From Candidatus Yanofskybacteria bacterium RIFCSPLOWO2_02_FULL_45_18 (GTDB lineage: Bacteria > Patescibacteriota > Minisyncoccia > 2-02-FULL-40-12 > GWA2-44-9): DNA of 52,179 nucleotides. This document shows, in pieces, positions 50,091 to 52,179 of the stretch. The position numbers and the translations under genes were made by a program. Each line of letters begins with the position of its first letter. The first letter of the stretch is position 1. The notes under the pieces are model-generated. The model had not been told where the DNA came from. It worked only from the letters and a program-made list of their open reading frames with translations, and ran no database searches. Location of the stretch: positions 15,855 through 68,033 of the forward strand of contig MGKV01000021.1 in NCBI GenBank assembly GCA_001795795.1. Reading direction: 5' to 3'.

Positions 50091-50990
50091 ATGCCTAATC
50101 TCTATACCCAAGCCGATTCCAACATCCGCAAGACGTGGTTATTGATAACCGTGTTTTTGGTTTTGATAATTGTGCTGGGATGGGTGTTCGCGCGAGCTTA
50201 TCAGCGGCCGGACATATTGTATTTTGCCGTGGGCTTGAGTTTTTTGATGAACTTTCTGGCCTACTATAAGTCCGACTCCATCGCTTTGGCGATGTCGCAC
50301 GCCCAGCCGGTCAAGCGGGAACAATACGTTGACCTTTTCCAAATCGTTGAGAATCTCTGCATAACCGCCGGACTGCCGATGCCGCGGATGTATATCATTC
50401 CCGAGCTGCAGATTAACGCTTTTGCCACCGGACGCAATGCCAAACATGCGGCGGTTGCCGTAACGCAGGGGGCTTTGCAAAAATTAAACGAAAACGAGCT
50501 TAAGGGCGTGCTGGCCCATGAATTGTCGCATGTCGGCAACCGTGATATTTTGATTTCGTCGGTGGTTGTGGTCTTAGCCGGACTTGTGGCGATATTGTCG
50601 GACTGGTTTTTAAGGGCCAGTTTTTTCCAAGGACGCGGTGACCGTGACCGTGACGGCGGGGGAGGGCTGATCATGCTGATTGGTTTGGCCCTTGCGATAT
50701 TGGCGCCGCTGGCGGCGACATTGATTCGTTTGGCGGTGTCGCGCAAGCGCGAGTATCTGGCCGATGCCTCCGGCGCTTTGCTAACCCGCTACCCCGAAGG
50801 CCTTGCCTCGGCGCTGGAAAAGATAAAGAGTGACGGGAGCGCCATGCGTTTTGCAGCGCACAATGCCACCGCGCATTTATTTTTATCTAATCCGTTTAAA
50901 GGTCAGCATGGTCGAAGCTGGCTGACTAATTTGTTCATGACCCACCCGCCGCTGGAAGATAGAATTAAGACGCTAAGAAGTTTAAGATAA
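50091..50990 (+). CDS. htpX: Zinc metalloprotease HtpX (M48)
   Basis: NAFATGR, LAHELSH (HExxH), SRKREYLAD, THPPLEDRI. Confidence 0.95.
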   Translation: MPNLYTQADSNIRKTWLLITVFLVLIIVLGWVFARAYQRPDILYFAVGLSFLMNFLAYYKSDSIALAMSHAQPVKREQYVDLFQIVENLCITAGLPMPRMYIIPELQINAFATGRNAKHAAVAVTQGALQKLNENELKGVLAHELSHVGNRDILISSVVVVLAGLVAILSDWFLRASFFQGRGDRDRDGGGGLIMLIGLALAILAPLAATLIRLAVSRKREYLADASGALLTRYPEGLASALEKIKSDGSAMRFAAHNATAHLFLSNPFKGQHGRSWLTNLFMTHPPLEDRIKTLRSLR

Positions 50991-51010
50991 CCTTAAATTT
51001 AACAGAACCA

Positions 51011-51448
51011 ATGAACGAAAAAAATAAAATTGAAGAGCCGAAAAAGTTTGATTTTACCAAGATTGATACCGAGTTAATCCGGGACAATAGCGGCAAAGTT
51101 ACCGGCAAAGTGGAAACGATTTCGGTGATTGATGAAGATACCGCGTTTGAACTGGAAGCGATGCTCGGCGGCGACAACCGCGATAAGTCGGGTATTCAGC
51201 GAAAGATTAACGAGTTAAGATGCTACTTTGAATTGGAAGACAGGCATATGGTTCTTAAGAAAGTGAAACTTCTGGATCCCAACGGGGAAGTTCTACAGTA
51301 TCAGAACTTGGAAAAATTGCCGCCCTTGACCATGCGCCATATGGAAGAACTGTTTACCCGATTTCAGGGGAAGGTCATGCTTAATATCCGGGATGCCGAC
51401 AAAGAAAAGAAGCGTCAGCTTGAGGCGAAGCGTTTTGAGATAAATTGA
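51011..51448 (+). CDS. Hypothetical protein
   Basis: 145-aa ORF, ATG start, charged composition. Confidence 0.6.
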   Translation: MNEKNKIEEPKKFDFTKIDTELIRDNSGKVTGKVETISVIDEDTAFELEAMLGGDNRDKSGIQRKINELRCYFELEDRHMVLKKVKLLDPNGEVLQYQNLEKLPPLTMRHMEELFTRFQGKVMLNIRDADKEKKRQLEAKRFEIN

Positions 51449-52179
51449 TTTGATTAGCGCTTGGTATCATTACCAGCGAGTTCTTCGACAGGATGTTTTT
51501 TATTGTGGAGGCGTCGCATAGTGGTCTAGTGCGGTTGCTTGGAGAGCAACTGTATCCGAAAGGGTACCGCTGGTTCGAATCCAGCCGCCTCCGCCAATTT
51601 TCAGAATTCGGATTTTGGGCGATTGTTGCCTCGCCCCGCCAAAGGCAGGGCTCGGCTTCGGCAAGGATTTTGAAGGGATTTTTGAAATCCAAAAACAATT
51701 TCTGCCCGCTCAAACGGAAGTTCGAACCAATCTTTTTCAGAAAATCCCGACCCTGTTCGGGATTTTCTTGCAAAGCGATAATTTCGGCTTGTTTTACGGA
51801 GTTTATGAATTTGGCGGCGAGTTCGAACCGATTATTGCTTTTTTGCTCAAAAGCCGTCATTTTGTCTTTCAAAAGCTGTTTTTGATTGACGAGTTTGTTT
51901 TTGGCTTCCCGATATTCGGCGAGGTTCAAAGCGTTTTCAAGATAGGCGTTCATCAATTTTTCCAGTTTCTCGTCAATCGTTTTTATTTCGTCATCTGTTT
52001 TTTGAGCAAAAAAGCGTGATGATTGGGCTTTCTCATTTTTCTCGCTTTCCAATTCATTTATCATTTTGTCAGCCCAATCATCAGGCAAAGAAACTTTTTG
52101 TATAGCTTCGTTGATTTGAGATGAAATTTTTTCTTCTCTCGTAAAAACATTTTGCGAGCAAATATGGTTTGGATTTTTC
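51381..52179 (-). mobile_element. 3' part of a large serine recombinase gene (open to the window end), reading through tRNA-Ser antisense
   Basis: Frame stays open to 52179 (KNPNHICSQNVFTREEKISSQI..., zinc-ribbon end), then coiled coil (IDEKLEKLMNAYLE...EYREAK) and KKIGSNF; adjacent to a tRNA 3' end. The catalytic domain lies outside the window. Confidence 0.75.
51507..51596 (+). tRNA. tRNA-Ser(GGA)
   Basis: GGAGGCGTCGCATAGTGGTCTAGTGCGGTTGC-TTGGAGA-GCAAC...GGTTCGAATCCAGCCGCCTCCGCCA; anticodon GGA, long variable arm. Confidence 0.95.

Overview
A 52-kb bacterial chromosomal segment in the standard genetic code. Gene content and style suggest Patescibacteria/CPR, probably Parcubacteria (inference). 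Housekeeping genes include xerC/D-like, rpsO, pnp, comM, yraN, tsaE, polA, mutM, holA, recG, groES/EL with a CIRCE, pyrG, a class A PBP, lemA and htpX. There are three tRNAs (Ser-UGA, Arg-GCG, Ser-GGA), a prkA-yeaH-spoVR operon and many orphan ORFs. Most notable: (1) a stand-alone wHTH + Cas2/PaaX-like gene (14142-14729) tightly bracketed by two perfect palindromes whose 38-bp cores differ only by one compensatory base pair, with a third perfect 38-bp palindrome of the same design 260 bp upstream; no CRISPR array or cas1 is present, so this is a candidate novel palindrome-bounded mobile or regulatory unit. (2) The two outward-facing tRNA-Ser genes share an identical 36 bp at their 3' ends (last 9 tRNA bases plus 27 bp of flank), which encodes the C-terminal region of a large serine recombinase whose ORF runs on through the tRNA antisense strand. 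(3) A non-coding array of 17 GGTGAC/GTCACC boxes with a DnaA box, a promoter and a candidate small RNA (7730-8192). (4) Heptamer and hairpin repeats throughout, including in-frame insertions in housekeeping proteins (five in RecG). All calls come from reading the sequence by eye; no database searches were run.
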